Assembly (NCBI GenBank): GCA_951406725.2
Contig: OX597834.1
Coordinates: 21,142,001 to 21,206,000, forward strand
From: Octopus vulgaris
Lineage: Eukaryota
Length of the DNA stretch: 64,000 bases
Reading direction: 5' to 3'
This document shows, piece after piece, positions 1-13,687 of this stretch; within the stretch, counting starts at the first letter, position 1, and every line of letters begins with the position of its first letter. Position numbers and translations under genes: made by a program. Below the pieces are notes generated by a model that made no database searches, had not been told where the DNA came from, and saw only the letters and a program-made list of their open reading frames with translations.

Positions 1-929
1 TTATTATTATTATTATATATGTATATACTATTATTATTATTATTAAAACAGTTGAGCCATTATCATACTGAACATAAAACCAAACATTAATACAATATAT
101 GTATGTGTGTATGTGTGTGTGTGATTAATAGTACTAAGTTAATGTAGATGTATTAGAACACAGAATATTGTATTAATTATCTTGAGAAGTACCTCCATAT
201 GAGAGGACCTCTAAAGGTAAATAATGCATATATACATATACATATGGAATGAATGTTTAGGGAAGCAACAGCTTTTAACAGGACCATGATTACTCATCCA
301 ACCCATGCTAGCAAGGAAAGCTCATGTAAAATTGATGTATATTTATGTGTGTGTATACATACACATGTATGTATAAATATATATATATATATGTATGTAT
401 ATATAACACATGTGTGTATGTATAGATATGTGTATATGTAATATAAGTATATATATATATATAAACACGTGTGTATGTATGTGTGTTTGATGAAAGCTAT
501 TCCTGCCATGCCCATCCTGTTCATAGTCTAGTGCATCCGTTATATAACTTTGATGACACTCGAGAATAGTATGAGGGGTATTTGACAGCTATTTCTAGCA
601 CATCCTATGACCACACACAGGCTCCTACACTAGCATCTAAGAATACGGTATTTGGCACCGGTCGGTCACCTTATATTATTGGCTGTAAACTCAACATAGC
701 CCATAAGGAGTCTTTATTTGGTCACAGAAGCTGCTAGAAATACCAGCTAAATAACTCTCAAAATAACACCATCTTCACTTTTATTTATCTACTAATTATT
801 ATTATTATTATTACTGGTCAATGAAATAAGTACCAGTTGAGCATGGGGGTGGGGTTGATGTAATTAACTTAACCCTCTTTCCTGAAATTGCTGGCCTTGT
901 GCCAAAATTTTAAACCATCATTATTATTG

Positions 930-1128
930 TTAGAATCGTTAGCACGCCGGGGGAAATGCTTAATGGTATTTTTATCTGCCGCTATGTTCTGAGTTCAAAT
1001 TCTGCTGAGGTCGACTTTGCCTTTCATCCTTTCGGGATCAACAAAATAAGTACCAGTTACGCACTGGGGTCAATGTAACGACAAATCCCCACTTCCTCCA
1101 AGCTGCCCTTGTGGCAAAAATTTGAAAT
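930..1128 (+). mobile_element. SINE family B copy (tRNA-like head, central gtcgactttgcctttcatcctttcggg domain)
   Basis: Matches 13457-13687 over ~200 bp; followed by (TAA)n. Further partial or decayed copies at ~815-925 and ~1230-1435. Confidence 0.8.
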
Positions 1129-1137
1129 AGTAATAAC

Positions 1138-1182
<45 letters not shown>

Positions 1183-1451
1183 CATCATCATCATTATCAT
1201 TATTATCATTATTATTATTATTATTATTAAAGTGGCAAGTTTGCAGAACCATCACACACCATGCAACATGCTTCAGAGCCTTCTGTCTGTCTTCATGCTC
1301 TGAGTTCAAATTCCACGAGGGTCAACTTGGCGTTTCCTCCTTTGGGGTTGGTGAGTTGATGAAATAGATACCAGTTGAATACTGGTGTCGACCCTTTCCC
1401 TAAAAACTGCCAGCCTTGTCCTAAAACTTGAAACCATTATCGTTATTATTA

Positions 1452-1536
<85 letters not shown>

Positions 1537-3295
1537 GTGAAGTGGAAGAATAGTAGGTAATGTTGTCGGGAATTACAATGAAGCCAAAAGATGGAGTGGT
1601 CACAACTGGAAAGCCATCAACTATCAGTGCTAAGCAACAACAACAGCAATCATCATATTATTGTGTCTACAATCTTAAAATGCTGATGTAGAAGTAATTT
1701 TAAGGTTGTGCACACATATACACTCTGTATACCATCTGTGTGTATGCATACACATATACACACAACAAACACACACACACACATATATGTGTATTTACAT
1801 ACCCTCACATGCACATACTACCACACACATACACATGTACACAGCCAAAACACACTTGTGTATATATTGGTATGCATGCAATCATATACACACACATATA
1901 TACATGCTTATACAATAAAACACCTTCGTGTGTATACATACACCCAACTAGGCACATATACACAGAGAGAGACAATGCACATACTCCTACACATATATGC
2001 ATGCCTATATACACAGACATGTGTGTGTGTGTGTATATTTGCTCATGTGTGTATATAATAGTAGTAAGTGCAAAATAGATATCACAACTCATTTATTCTT
2101 GTTAAATTACTGAAGCCACACTATATATATATACAAACAAACATACATACATACATAATATATATTTATATATATTTGCACGCATATATTATATACATGT
2201 GTATAAATAATTAAATAGCTTTACAAACAATGGTGTGTATATATATTTATGTGTTTATGTGGTTGTGTCTGAGTGTTTTCGGTATGTGTTAAGCTTAAAT
2301 ACGACATGTGTTTATACCATCCATTGCATGCGTAGTGGAATGATATCACATGTTGTGCATCGAAATGTGCATATACTGCAGTTTGGCAACACATGTTGCA
2401 TTATCTGCAGATCTTACAGCTTATACCATTCCGTACTGTGGTAGATATTATATACTATACACATACTAATGTATATTATATAATAATAATAATAATATAG
2501 TTATCGTACATGAATATATATGTATGTATACACACACACACATAAATATATACAGCTTGTACAGATGTATGTGATATGAATATATTATAATAAAGAATAT
2601 TGCTTAATTCCGAAGTGTTTGTCACATTCGGGGTGTATATATGTGTATGTGTGTGAGGGAAGCTGTAAATGTATAAATGTATATACATGCATGTATGCTT
2701 ACAATGAAACAAATGTGTATATATACATACACACACATACATATATATATAACTTATGCATGTATTTGTATGTATCTACTAATGTATGTGTGTATATATA
2801 TATATATATATTTATGTATGTGTGTGTGTTTGTGTGTGTGTGCATGTAAGTTTCTCACATAGAAAATATATATGTACACATGTATGTGTGTGTATATATA
2901 TATATGTGTGTGTAATGTCTGAATGTGTGTGTATATATGTAATTTATGTATGTGCGTATGTAATTTTCATATGCATAGCTGTATGTTTGTCAGTCTGTAA
3001 ATATGCAACATGTATATATTTATGCAATTATACATGTGATGTATATACATCTATATGTGAATATGTATGTGTGTTTGTATGTATATAATTTATGTATGTC
3101 TGTATATACATCAATACATACAAGTAAATGTTGGTTAATCATAGCTTAAATTATACATTTGCTATAGACATAAAATGTCAATGTTTGTGTATGCATCTAT
3201 GTGTATATATAAATATATACACACTTATATAGATATAAAAATGAATTTTAAGTAAATACATAAATAAAAATATATTTATATATAAATACATGTAG

Positions 3296-3342
<47 letters not shown>

Positions 3343-3448
3343 AGCATGTGTGTATGTATTTAAATATACACGTGTCTGTCTATGTGTATTAAATTTGTAT
3401 ACATAGAAGCAATACAGGCGTATAAAAATGTGTATGTGTGTTTGTACT

Positions 3449-3487
<39 letters not shown>

Positions 3488-3505
3488 GTCCACATATAGA
3501 CTTCT

Positions 3506-3538
<33 letters not shown>

Positions 3539-3957
3539 AACAACACATGGATGATTAGATTTCTGCATCTTAAATACTACACATTTGTAAATAATGTGTG
3601 TGTGTGTGTGTGCGTGTGTGTGTGTGTGTACATGCATCTGAATTGCCTATGGCCCCTTATCTCTCCTCTCTCTTGCTCTTTTATTCTTCACTTTTCTGTC
3701 TTTTTCTGTTTAACCCTGTATTCCAACATTGTACTTTTCGGCAACTCCCGCTTGCTTTCTTCGCTTGACTTATTTATTGCTGCTTTCTTGTCCCCTCTTT
3801 TACCCCTTGTTACGATGAGCTGCAGCATACCTGAGCACTGCATGGAATGCACTCATAGCACACACACATACACACCATAATCCTTTTACGTCCCCTTTTC
3901 ATGCTGGCATGGGTTGGACAGTTTGACAGGAGCTGGCTAAGCAGAAGGCTGCATATA

Positions 3958-4179
3958 TTCTTTTCTACTCTAGGCACAAGACCCGAAATTTTCAGGAAGT
4001 GGGAGGGGGGCAGTCGATTAGATCTACCCCAGTACACAACTGGTACTTAATTTATCAACCTCGAAAGGATGACAGGCAGAGTCGACTTTGGCAGGAATTG
4101 AACTCAGGACGTAAAGACAGACAAAATTCCACCAAGCAATTCGCCCGGCATGCTAATATTTCTGCCAGCTCACCAATTT
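3958..4179 (-). mobile_element. SINE family B copy with target-site duplication (TSD)
   Basis: TSD agaagg(c/a)tgcatata at 3943-3957 and 4180-4194 (1 mismatch). Confidence 0.85.
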
Positions 4180-4194
4180 AGAAGGATGCATATA

Positions 4195-4404
4195 CTCTTT
4201 ACTCTCTTTTACTTGTTTCAGTCATTTGACTGCGACCATGCTGGAGCACCACCTTTAATCAAGCAAATTGACCCTGGGACTTATTCTTTGTAAGCCCAGT
4301 ACTTGTTCTATCGGTCTCTTTTGCCAAACTGCTAAGTGACGGGGACATAAACACACCAACATCGGTTGTCAAGCAATGCTAGGGGGACAAACACAGACAC
4401 ACAA

Positions 4405-4452
<48 letters not shown>

Positions 4453-4617
4453 GACAGGCTTCTTTCAGTTTCCATCTACCAAATCCACTCACAAGGCTTT
4501 GGTCGGCCCGAGGCTATAGTAGAAGACACTTGCCCCCAAGGTGCCACGCAGTGGGACTGAACCCGGAACCATGTGGTTGGTAAACAAGCTACTTACCACA
4601 CAGCCACTCCTGCACCT
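4195..4617 (-). mobile_element. SINE family A, full length (tRNA head, CORE-like ttgggcaagtgtctt segment, internal (TA)n(TG)n, (gagtaaaa) tail)
   Basis: Minus-strand head aggtgcaggagtggctgtgtggtaag...gggttcagtccc (A/B boxes); near-identical copies at 10572, 24460, 31543, 38541, 46825. Confidence 0.9.
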
Positions 4618-4650
4618 GTTAGTGTATGAATTTATTATTCTTTAACAAGA

Positions 4651-4711
4651 GATAGTGACTTCGAAGTTTTCTGATGATGGCTTAGCTGGTCAAAACTTTG
4701 AAGTCACTATC
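4651..4711 (+). ncRNA. Degenerate hammerhead ribozyme motif inside a 20-bp fold-back
   Basis: CTGATGA-t-GGC ttagctg GTC-aAAA-CTTTGAAG-TC; arms 4651-4670 and 4692-4711 are inverted repeats; the G of GAAA is mutated. Confidence 0.5.
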
Positions 4712-4826
4712 AATACCATTCTAAGATATATACTATTGTTGATACCATGAGACAGTCAGCCTTCAACTTTTTCAGCCCAATATTTACATGCTGTTATATA
4801 TAGCTCTATGTGCTTCAAGACCCACT

Positions 4827-4890
<64 letters not shown>

Positions 4891-5342
4891 TATTTGATTC
4901 TCTGTCTGAAAAATTTCTTAACAGGAAATATCTTACATGTTGTCTACCACATGTACAATTCTGTAACTCCTATTAGCAAATGAAACATGTGTAATGGTGA
5001 ATAAATAATGCTAAAAACATTTTTCCATATATATATATATAAGTATAATTTATATAATCTATATAATTTATATACATCTATATTACATACACACACAGAT
5101 ACATATTCACTGATGTGGTCAACAAAGTCAGGTCACAGGGTTTGTATGCACAAATATGCATTAAAATATATTACAAAATCACAGAGTATTACAAGACTTG
5201 TGCAATACGGCTGGTTTTGCTGATAGACACATTACATAACACACAGTTGCATACACACACACACACACACACCCTCTCTCTCTCTTTATTTTTCTTTCTC
5301 TCTTATACATACTGTCTCTCTGTCTCAGTTTCTCTCTCTCTG

Positions 5343-5392
<50 letters not shown>

Positions 5393-5422
5393 AGTCTGTC
5401 TATCTGTCTGTCTGTCTGTCTA

Positions 5423-5469
<47 letters not shown>

Positions 5470-5479
5470 CTCTCCCTCA

Positions 5480-5517
<38 letters not shown>

Positions 5518-5789
5518 CCTCTCTCTCTCTCTATCTGCTATGCTTACCACTTCTATAGAATTGTGTTTCTGTAATGAACTATCTTCTAATTAAATTCAGG
5601 TGTGGAGTGGGGCTGGGGGGGGGGGGGCTAGATAGCTGGTATAGCTGTCAAACTCTCTCATTCCTACTGCATTCCTGTATACATATGTTTATTAGTATGT
5701 ACACATATAAAACACATACCTGCCTGTCTGTCTTTTTGCCTGTCTGTCTTTCTGCCTGTCTGTCTTTTTGCTTTATCTATCTGTCGATC

Positions 5790-6001
5790 AATCGATCTAT
5801 CTATCGAACTAATATCTATCTATCTATCTATTTATTTATCTATCTAACTATCTATCTATCTATCTATCCATCTATCCATCCATCCATCCATCCATCCATC
5901 CATCCATCCATCCATCTATCTATCTATCTATCTATCTCTATATCCATCTATCTATCTATCTATCTATCTATCCATCTATCCATCAATCCATCCATCCATC
6001 C

Positions 6002-6033
<32 letters not shown>

Positions 6034-6041
6034 CTATATCC

Positions 6042-6092
<51 letters not shown>

Positions 6093-6133
6093 CATCAATC
6101 CATCCATCCATCCATCCATCCATCAATCCATCC

Positions 6134-6168
<35 letters not shown>

Positions 6169-6240
6169 CATCAATCCATCCATCCATCTATCTATCTATC
6201 TATCTATCCACCTATCTATCAATCTATCTATCTATCTTTC
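5790..6240. repeat. Compound (TATC)n/(TCCA)n microsatellite
   Basis: Seen directly; source of the spurious 263-aa ORF. Confidence 0.95.
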
Positions 6241-6715
6241 TGTCTATCTACCTAGCTGTCTGTCTGTCTGTATTTTGGTGGGGGATTGCTTTCCATGCTC
6301 GCATGGCTTGTGTGTGTGTGTGTAAATATATATATCTGTACATGTGTGTGTGTGTTTGTACCTAACTTTGGCAGACGAGCACATGTAGCATAAATAGGTT
6401 GGATATGTATGTAATTACATGTCTGTGTGTCTGTCTGTAATTTCTAGCACACATGCACATGTAGCATAACTTTGCTGTGTGTGTGTATATATATATGTGT
6501 GTGTTGGGAAATTTTGGCACACATACATACATACACACACACACATCTTTACATATAGACTGACACAGATACAAACATATTTTCATGTTTGCATGTGTAG
6601 CTTTTGACAAACACACACATATACACACATGTTAAAATTTAATCATTTGTAATTTAATACATATATATATATATATATATATGTACAACATCTGTGTCTA
6701 TGAGTGTGTGTATAT

Positions 6716-6766
<51 letters not shown>

Positions 6767-8326
6767 AACACACACATGCATTAGTGTACCATATTCATTG
6801 AATTACAAGTGTGTGTATACATACATGTATATATATATATATATACATGTATGTGTATGTATTTATATGTGTGTGTGTAAATGCGTATATGCAATCATAT
6901 ACATATATATATTTGGGTATGCTTATATATATATGTGTGTGTGTGTATTTGTGTGCATTACATGCATTTGTATGTCTGTATGTATAACACTGACACATCT
7001 GCACATATATATATATATATATAAAATTTAATAAATAAAATATATGCATACATACATACATATATGTACGTACCTACATCTACATGTATATATACATGCA
7101 TATATATATATATATATATATATATGAGTATATGTGTGTGTGTGTATGTACATATGTATATGTGTGTGTGTGTGTGTGTGTATATATATACATATATAGA
7201 TATAGATATTTATATAGATTGATAAACGTATAAGTGTACAAGTGTGTGTGTGTGTATGCACTTAAACACACTGTATACACACGTCCTGTATACACACGTC
7301 CTGGTCAGCGTTTAATACATAAATGCCCACATGTGCATGTGTCATAGCATTACATGCAAAGGCAAAGGATTGTCTGTAATTGGCGCTACATCAGAGAAAC
7401 GGTAAAAACTAGTTGTATATTTAGTTACATCCGCGTTGTTCTTCATCGGAACCAATACAGCTGAGGTCATCGCTTTATGAAGATTCCGCACTTCATTTCA
7501 CACCCTCCTCCTACTGCTTCTCCCCATCAGCATCGTCGTCGTCATCGTCGTCATCACTATCAGCATCCTCATCATCATCAGTATCATTGCCATTGCCATC
7601 ATCACACAATATTACAGATATTGGTTACTGCCTGTTGTTTTTTTTTCCAGTATTGACTGCTTGGCTGCTGGCTATTTGTGTGTGTGTGTGTGTGTGTTTA
7701 TGTGTGTGTTTGTATTTATTTATTTATGTATGTGTGTGTTTGTTTCGAATTTCGCGTTTCTTTTTTTTTTTTTTTTTTTTTTTTTTACTAGAATGTCTGG
7801 TGCAGAGGGGAATGTCACTGCTATTTCCAGCAATCTGAACAAACCTGTATAAAGCTCCTCCATGGTTTGCATGCATGTGTGTGTATGTATGTGTGTGTGC
7901 ATGCCTGCATGCGTGTGGGTGTGTATGTGTTGCATTAGGACACATAGAGGCATAGGTATGTGTAGGGATCAGATAAATGTGCACCTTGTGTCAAGTCATA
8001 TGCAAATGGGATGTGTGTGTGTGTGTGTGTTATTTTATTTCTTGTTGCAGCCATTCAACTGTGGACATGCTGGGGCATCGCCTTGAAGAATCTTTAGTCA
8101 AACAAATCGAACCCACTATTTTTTTTTTCTCTCTTTGGAAAGCCAGTTAATTATGCTATCAGTCTCTTTTTCTGAACTGCTAAGTTACTGGGATGTAAAC
8201 ACACCAACACCAGTTGTCAAGCAGTGATAGGTAACACAAACACACGCACACATACACATGTATATGTGTGTGTATAAATGTACTCCTCTATGCATAATCT
8301 ACATGTGTGTGTATGTATATATATAT

Positions 8327-8399
<73 letters not shown>

Positions 8400-8527
8400 C
8401 AAATTAGAGATAAAACCACTATTAGGCAAATCATACAATGAAAAACTTAAAGCCAATACATAAGATTAATTAATTTATATTATTTTAAATATATATCAAA
8501 ATTATTAAAAAAAGATAATTAGTATAA

Positions 8528-8590
8528 CACTACGATCGTTTCATGGCTGTCCAATTCATAAAAATTTGAGTTACAGTCATTCTTCAGGTG
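8528..8590 (-). ncRNA. Minimal type-I hammerhead ribozyme (Penelope-like element end)
   Basis: Minus strand: cac CTGAAGA atgactgt..acagccat GAAA CGATCG TA gtg; 7/8-bp stem II, palindromic stem III, GUA cleavage triplet. Confidence 0.8.
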
Positions 8591-8723
8591 ATTGAAATAT
8601 CTAAAATATAATCACAAATATTTAAACAATATTTTTAAGATATAAATAATATATATAATATAATAATTTTACTTATTATCAAACTAGAGACATAGAACTT
8701 AACAATTATGATTATATATATAT

Positions 8724-8778
<55 letters not shown>

Positions 8779-9432
8779 AGTAATAAAAGATAAAGAGTAT
8801 ATATATATACATATATATACATTCACATGTAGATTCTGTGTAGAGGAGTTTATTTATTTGTATTAAGCTGATTGTTTCACTTTGTCACTATTCTGCATTT
8901 CTCCGCTGCTGTTACAAATCTTCTTCCTCACAGCTGACAATAAAACGATTTCGACATTATAACCACCCATCAGAGAGAGAGAGAGAGAGAGAGAAATAGA
9001 AAGACAAACAGACAGAGATAAAAAGTGCAATAGTCACAGTGAAATGCTAGGAGCTGAGTTGGTGGTGTGTTGACAGTTAGGTATGCAAAGGGCTTGGTTA
9101 AATTCATTCATTTTTAAGTGGTTTCTCCTTCCTAGCATGAGTTGATTAATTAAATTACTGAAGTAATAGGTATTGTTTTACGGAATGATGCCCTTCCTGT
9201 TGTTATCTCTTACCTGTTTTTCAAGTAAGTGATTTTCAGGGGTCCCTTGTTCTACAAGTTATCGAAGGATGGTGAGAAGCTGGCAAAGGGTTTGCACTCA
9301 TTGACAGGAGAAACGGCAACAACCATCACTGCTTGCAGCACAAGGAGTTTCAAAGACTTGTGAATGTAAACAAACTTTGACATGCTCACATGCACGCATA
9401 CATACATACATACATACATACATACATACATA

Positions 9433-9755
9433 CATCATCATCATTATCATCGTTTAACGTCCGTTTTCCATGCTAGCATGGGTTGGACGGTTCGACCGGG
9501 GATTTGGGAAGCCAGAAGGCTGCACCAGGCTCCAGTCAGATCTGGCAGTGTTTCTACAGATGGATGTCCTTCCTAAAGCCAACCACTCCGTGAGTGTAGT
9601 GGGTGCTTTTTACGTGCCACTGACACAGGTGCCAGGCGAGGCTGGCAACGGCCACGATCGGACTGGTGCTTTTTACGTGCCACCGGCACGGAAGCCAGTC
9701 AAGGCGGCGCTGGCATCGGCCACGTTTGGATGGTGCTTTTTACGTGCCACTGGCA
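9433..9755 (-). mobile_element. RTE-clade LINE 3' UTR fragment (family C) with (GAT)n tail
   Basis: Ends ...gcatggaaaacggacgttaaacgatgat on minus; the same UTR follows the RTE ORF C-terminus at 49880-50130. Confidence 0.8.
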
Positions 9756-9806
9756 TACATACATACATGCATGCATGCATGCATGCATACATACATACAT
9801 ACATAC

Positions 9807-10160
9807 ATTATTATTATGGCTGCCCCCTCGTTATCAAGTATGGCCATTGCACGAAGCTTAACTGTTACTGGTGCTGTGATCGAATGTGACTTTTTAGCCC
9901 AGCTAAAGATCTACAATGTCTTGTACAAAATTGGCAACTAAGACCTTTACTGGTAATAGCTGGCTTCATGTACCTTTGCATGTCGTTTAAGTCCTCCTGC
10001 CGAATTACACTCTCTTCCACATGCCCGACAGATATGATTAGTATGGTGTGTTACACCACCACCAGTGGCCAGTTTGTCACTTATCTGTCTCACTTTATGA
10101 CTACGAAGATGACTCTTGAGTCCAGCTTTACTGAGGCAGGGTCTTGCACAGACATTGCAT
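9807..10160 (-). pseudogene. 5'-truncated RTE-like LINE 3' end encoding three C2H2 zinc fingers
   Basis: CNVCARPCLSKAGLKSHLRSH, CRACGRECNSAGGLKRHAKVH and, after a frameshift, CQFCTRHCRSLAGLKSHIRSQH*; short 3' UTR and (TAA)n tail; sits inside (CATA)n. Confidence 0.75.
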
Positions 10161-10278
10161 ACATACATACATACATACATACACACACATACATGCATAC
10201 ATACATGTATGTATACATACATACATATACATACATACATATACATACATGTATACACAAACACACACACACACACAC

Positions 10279-10314
<36 letters not shown>

Positions 10315-10514
10315 GTGCGTGTATGAATGAATGACAAGCTTCTTTTAGTTTCCATCTATCAAGTCTTTTCTCACGATTTTGGTCAGCTTGGGACAACAGT
10401 TGAAGACATTAGCTCAAGGTGCTGTAGAATGGGATTGAACATGAAACCATGTGATTGGGAAGTGGACTGCTTAACCACCCAACTAGACCTGCATTTGGGT
10501 GGGTCAGAAGTTGT

Positions 10515-11165
10515 TTAACCCTTTAACATTCAAATTACTCTGTCAAATGTGGTGTTTGCTTCTTCACATTTCTTCTTTCTTCTACTTGTTTCAGTCATTT
10601 GACTGCAGCCATGCTGGAGTACCACCTTTAGTCAAGCAAATCGACCCCGAGACTTATTCTTTTGTAAGCCCAGTACTTATTCTATCAGTCTCTTTTGCCG
10701 AACCGCTAAGTGACGGGGACGTAAACACACCAGCATCGGTTGTCAAGCAATGCTAGGGGGACAAATACAGACACACAAACATACACACACACACACATAT
10801 ATATATACATATATACGACGGGCTTCTTTCAGTTTCCGTCTACCAAATCCACTCACAAGGCATTGGTCGGCCCGAGGCTATAGCAGAAGACACTTGCCCA
10901 AGGTGCCACGCAGTGGGACTGAACCCAGAACCATGTGGTTTGTAAGCAAGCTACTTACCACACAGCCACTCCTGCGCCTAGAATTAATCATTCTTTAGAA
11001 TTAATCATTCATTATCTCTTAGCTTTGAAATTTCCAGGATGTGATTGTTTATTTTCAGAATGACATTGTAGGGTAGGTGCGAGATGCTAGATCTAGCCAT
11101 TTTGAACATAAAACAGGTAATTTTTTAACTGGATATCACCAGCTCAGATAACACTAAAGGGTTTT
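10515..11165 (+). mobile_element. TTAA-flanked piggyBac-type MITE (family E) interrupted by a SINE A
   Basis: Ends ttaaccctttaacatt ... aacactaaagggtttt; internal homology to 27900-28726. Confidence 0.65.
10572..10980 (-). mobile_element. SINE family A, full length
   Basis: Near-identical to 4195-4617; head aggcgcaggagtggctgtgtgg. Confidence 0.9.
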
Positions 11166-11876
11166 GTGGGACAGGCCACCCTAACGTAGAAAAGCTACAG
11201 GTAAGGGTTGGGGCTATTACAGTTTAAATATTGTACAGTGACTAAGTATATTGGTCATGGTGGTACTTGTGGCGGTCGTTGTAGTTGGGGTGGTAGTGTA
11301 TAGCTTCAAATCATCTCCTTGAATGAGCAAATATTTAATCAAACATGATCCAATCAAGACCATCCCAACATTTATTTTTATCAGCCGATAGGTGATGTTG
11401 CAATATCAATGGTAGCAGTTGTGGTGGTGGTTGTTGTTGTTGTTGTTGTTGTTGTTGATGATGATGATGATAATGATGATGATGGTGGTGGTGGTGGTGG
11501 TGGTGGTGGTGGTGACGATCGAGGTGAAAGTAGTCGTGAGGTGTGGTTTTTATGTTGAAGACGTTGATGATTTGTGTAGTGCTGGTGGTTTGGGTGAAGG
11601 TGATGTGGTGGTGGTGATGGAGGTTTGTGATGATGATGATGATGACACCAACAATACTCAGAGACAATTTCTTTCTGGGAGACAGGTAAGCAAAGGTGAG
11701 CATTTAATGGGAGTGTTACCTCAGGAAGGGGATGAACATGATATGCAGGATAGATAAGAGTTGTATTCTTAAGGTGTGTGCATGTGTCTGTGTGCTTGTG
11801 TGTGTGTGTATATATATATACTCGTATGCATATACTAATATAGAAACATATACATATATATATGTATATATATATA

Positions 11877-11916
<40 letters not shown>

Positions 11917-11951
11917 CATATACATACACACACACATACATATGAATACAT

Positions 11952-11989
<38 letters not shown>

Positions 11990-12005
11990 CATATGTACAC
12001 ATGAC

Positions 12006-12046
<41 letters not shown>

Positions 12047-12504
12047 TGTATGTATACATAATTAGTTATGGGATTCAGTAGAATCTAGGCATATCAGCAT
12101 GTAGGATGCCAGAAATGGCTAGGTGCAAAAAAACATGTGGTTCACAGAGAGGTAAACGACAATGAAGGCATCTAGTATTGGTAGGATACGGCAGGTATGA
12201 AAGTACCAAATCCAATTTAAACATAGATCTAACTCTGGAGTTGGTTCCAGGTGTGGTGTTCCCTTTATATATACACGTATATAGATATACATAGCTATAC
12301 ACACACGCACACATGCAAATACAATCACAGATATGTGTGTTTGTGTGTGTGTGTGTGTTTACAAAATGTGTTAGTTTACCTCTTAACTTATATTTCAGTT
12401 GCCAGAGAGATTAGATAGTCTACGGCTGTGCTGAATCGGTGGGGGGAAAAAAAGCATTATTTCCAGACCTGTTAACAACTTTCGGTTGTTAATTTTGTTG
12501 GTTT

Positions 12505-12572
12505 ATATTATCATCATCATCATCAGCATTATTATTATTATTATTATTATTATCATCATTATTATTATCATT

Positions 12573-12604
<32 letters not shown>

Positions 12605-12722
12605 TATTATTATTATTATTATTATAATTATTATTATTATTATCATCATTATTATTATTATTATCATCATCATCATCTTTATTATTATTATCATTATTAT
12701 TATTATCATATTATCATCATCA

Positions 12723-12774
<52 letters not shown>

Positions 12775-12863
12775 CATCATTATTATCATCATTATTATTA
12801 TTATTATCGTCATTATTATTATTATCATCATCATCATCATCATTATCATCATCATCATCATCA

Positions 12864-12913
<50 letters not shown>

Positions 12914-12915
12914 TC
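12505..12915. repeat. (ATT)n/(ATC)n compound microsatellite
   Basis: Seen directly. Confidence 0.95.
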
Positions 12916-13456
12916 TATTATTAGTATTAGTTGTAAAATATAGCGTTGTGTTATGCACAATTTAGTTTCTGCATATGTAGGTATTGTGTGTGTGTGTGTG
13001 TTGTCTGGGGGTCGGTGTTCCATGAGTTTTTATTTCATTTTAAGCAGGGTTCTTCTTGTAAACGCTCTTGTCTTTCTTCCATACGTGCCATGCCCCTGCA
13101 TACTTCTGTACTTTTGTACTTCCGCAGAAACTGAAAGCAATGCCAGCTGAGCAGAGGTGTCGTATCAGATGTCACAACACGAGGACATGTGGTGGTGGTG
13201 GTGGTGGTGGTGGTGGTCATGGTCGTGGTCGTCGTTGTGGGGAGGACGACAACGATGATGATGATGGTGCTGGTGGTAGTGGTTATAGTGATAGCAGCAG
13301 CAGTACTTACCGCAATCATGATGATACTTGATAATAGCAGTTATGATGATGATGATGATAACTAATAATAGGGATGGTGTTCATGAAATCTGATGATGGG
13401 GAGGCCTTCATCATAAAAACAGATGATGATGATGATGATGTGGAATGTAGTCTGAA

Positions 13457-13687
13457 GGCGGCGAGCTGGCAGAATCGTTAGCACGCCGGGCGAAATGCTT
13501 AGCGGTATTTCGTCTATCACTACATTGTGAGTTCAAATTCCGCCAAGGTTGACTTTGCCTTTCATCCTTTCGGGGTCGATAATTTAAGTACTTGTTCCAT
13601 ACTGGGGTCGATGTAATCGACTTAATACCTATGTATGTCCTTGTTTGTCCCCTCTATGTTTAGCCCCTTGTGGGTAATAAAGAAATA
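13457..13687 (+). mobile_element. SINE family B, full length, with perfect 15-bp TSD
   Basis: TSD ggaatgtagtctgaa at 13442-13456 and 13688-13702; A box (agctggcagaatcg), B box (gagttcaaattcc); tail gccccttgtgggtaataaagaaata. Confidence 0.9.

Noticed and set aside
13100-13160. Polypyrimidine tract plus CAG (possible splice acceptor at ~13125)
   Set aside because: No good donor and no recognisable protein; runs into a GGT repeat
13390-13415. CTGATGA followed by a hairpin
   Set aside because: Derived from a GAT repeat; no GAAA or stem III
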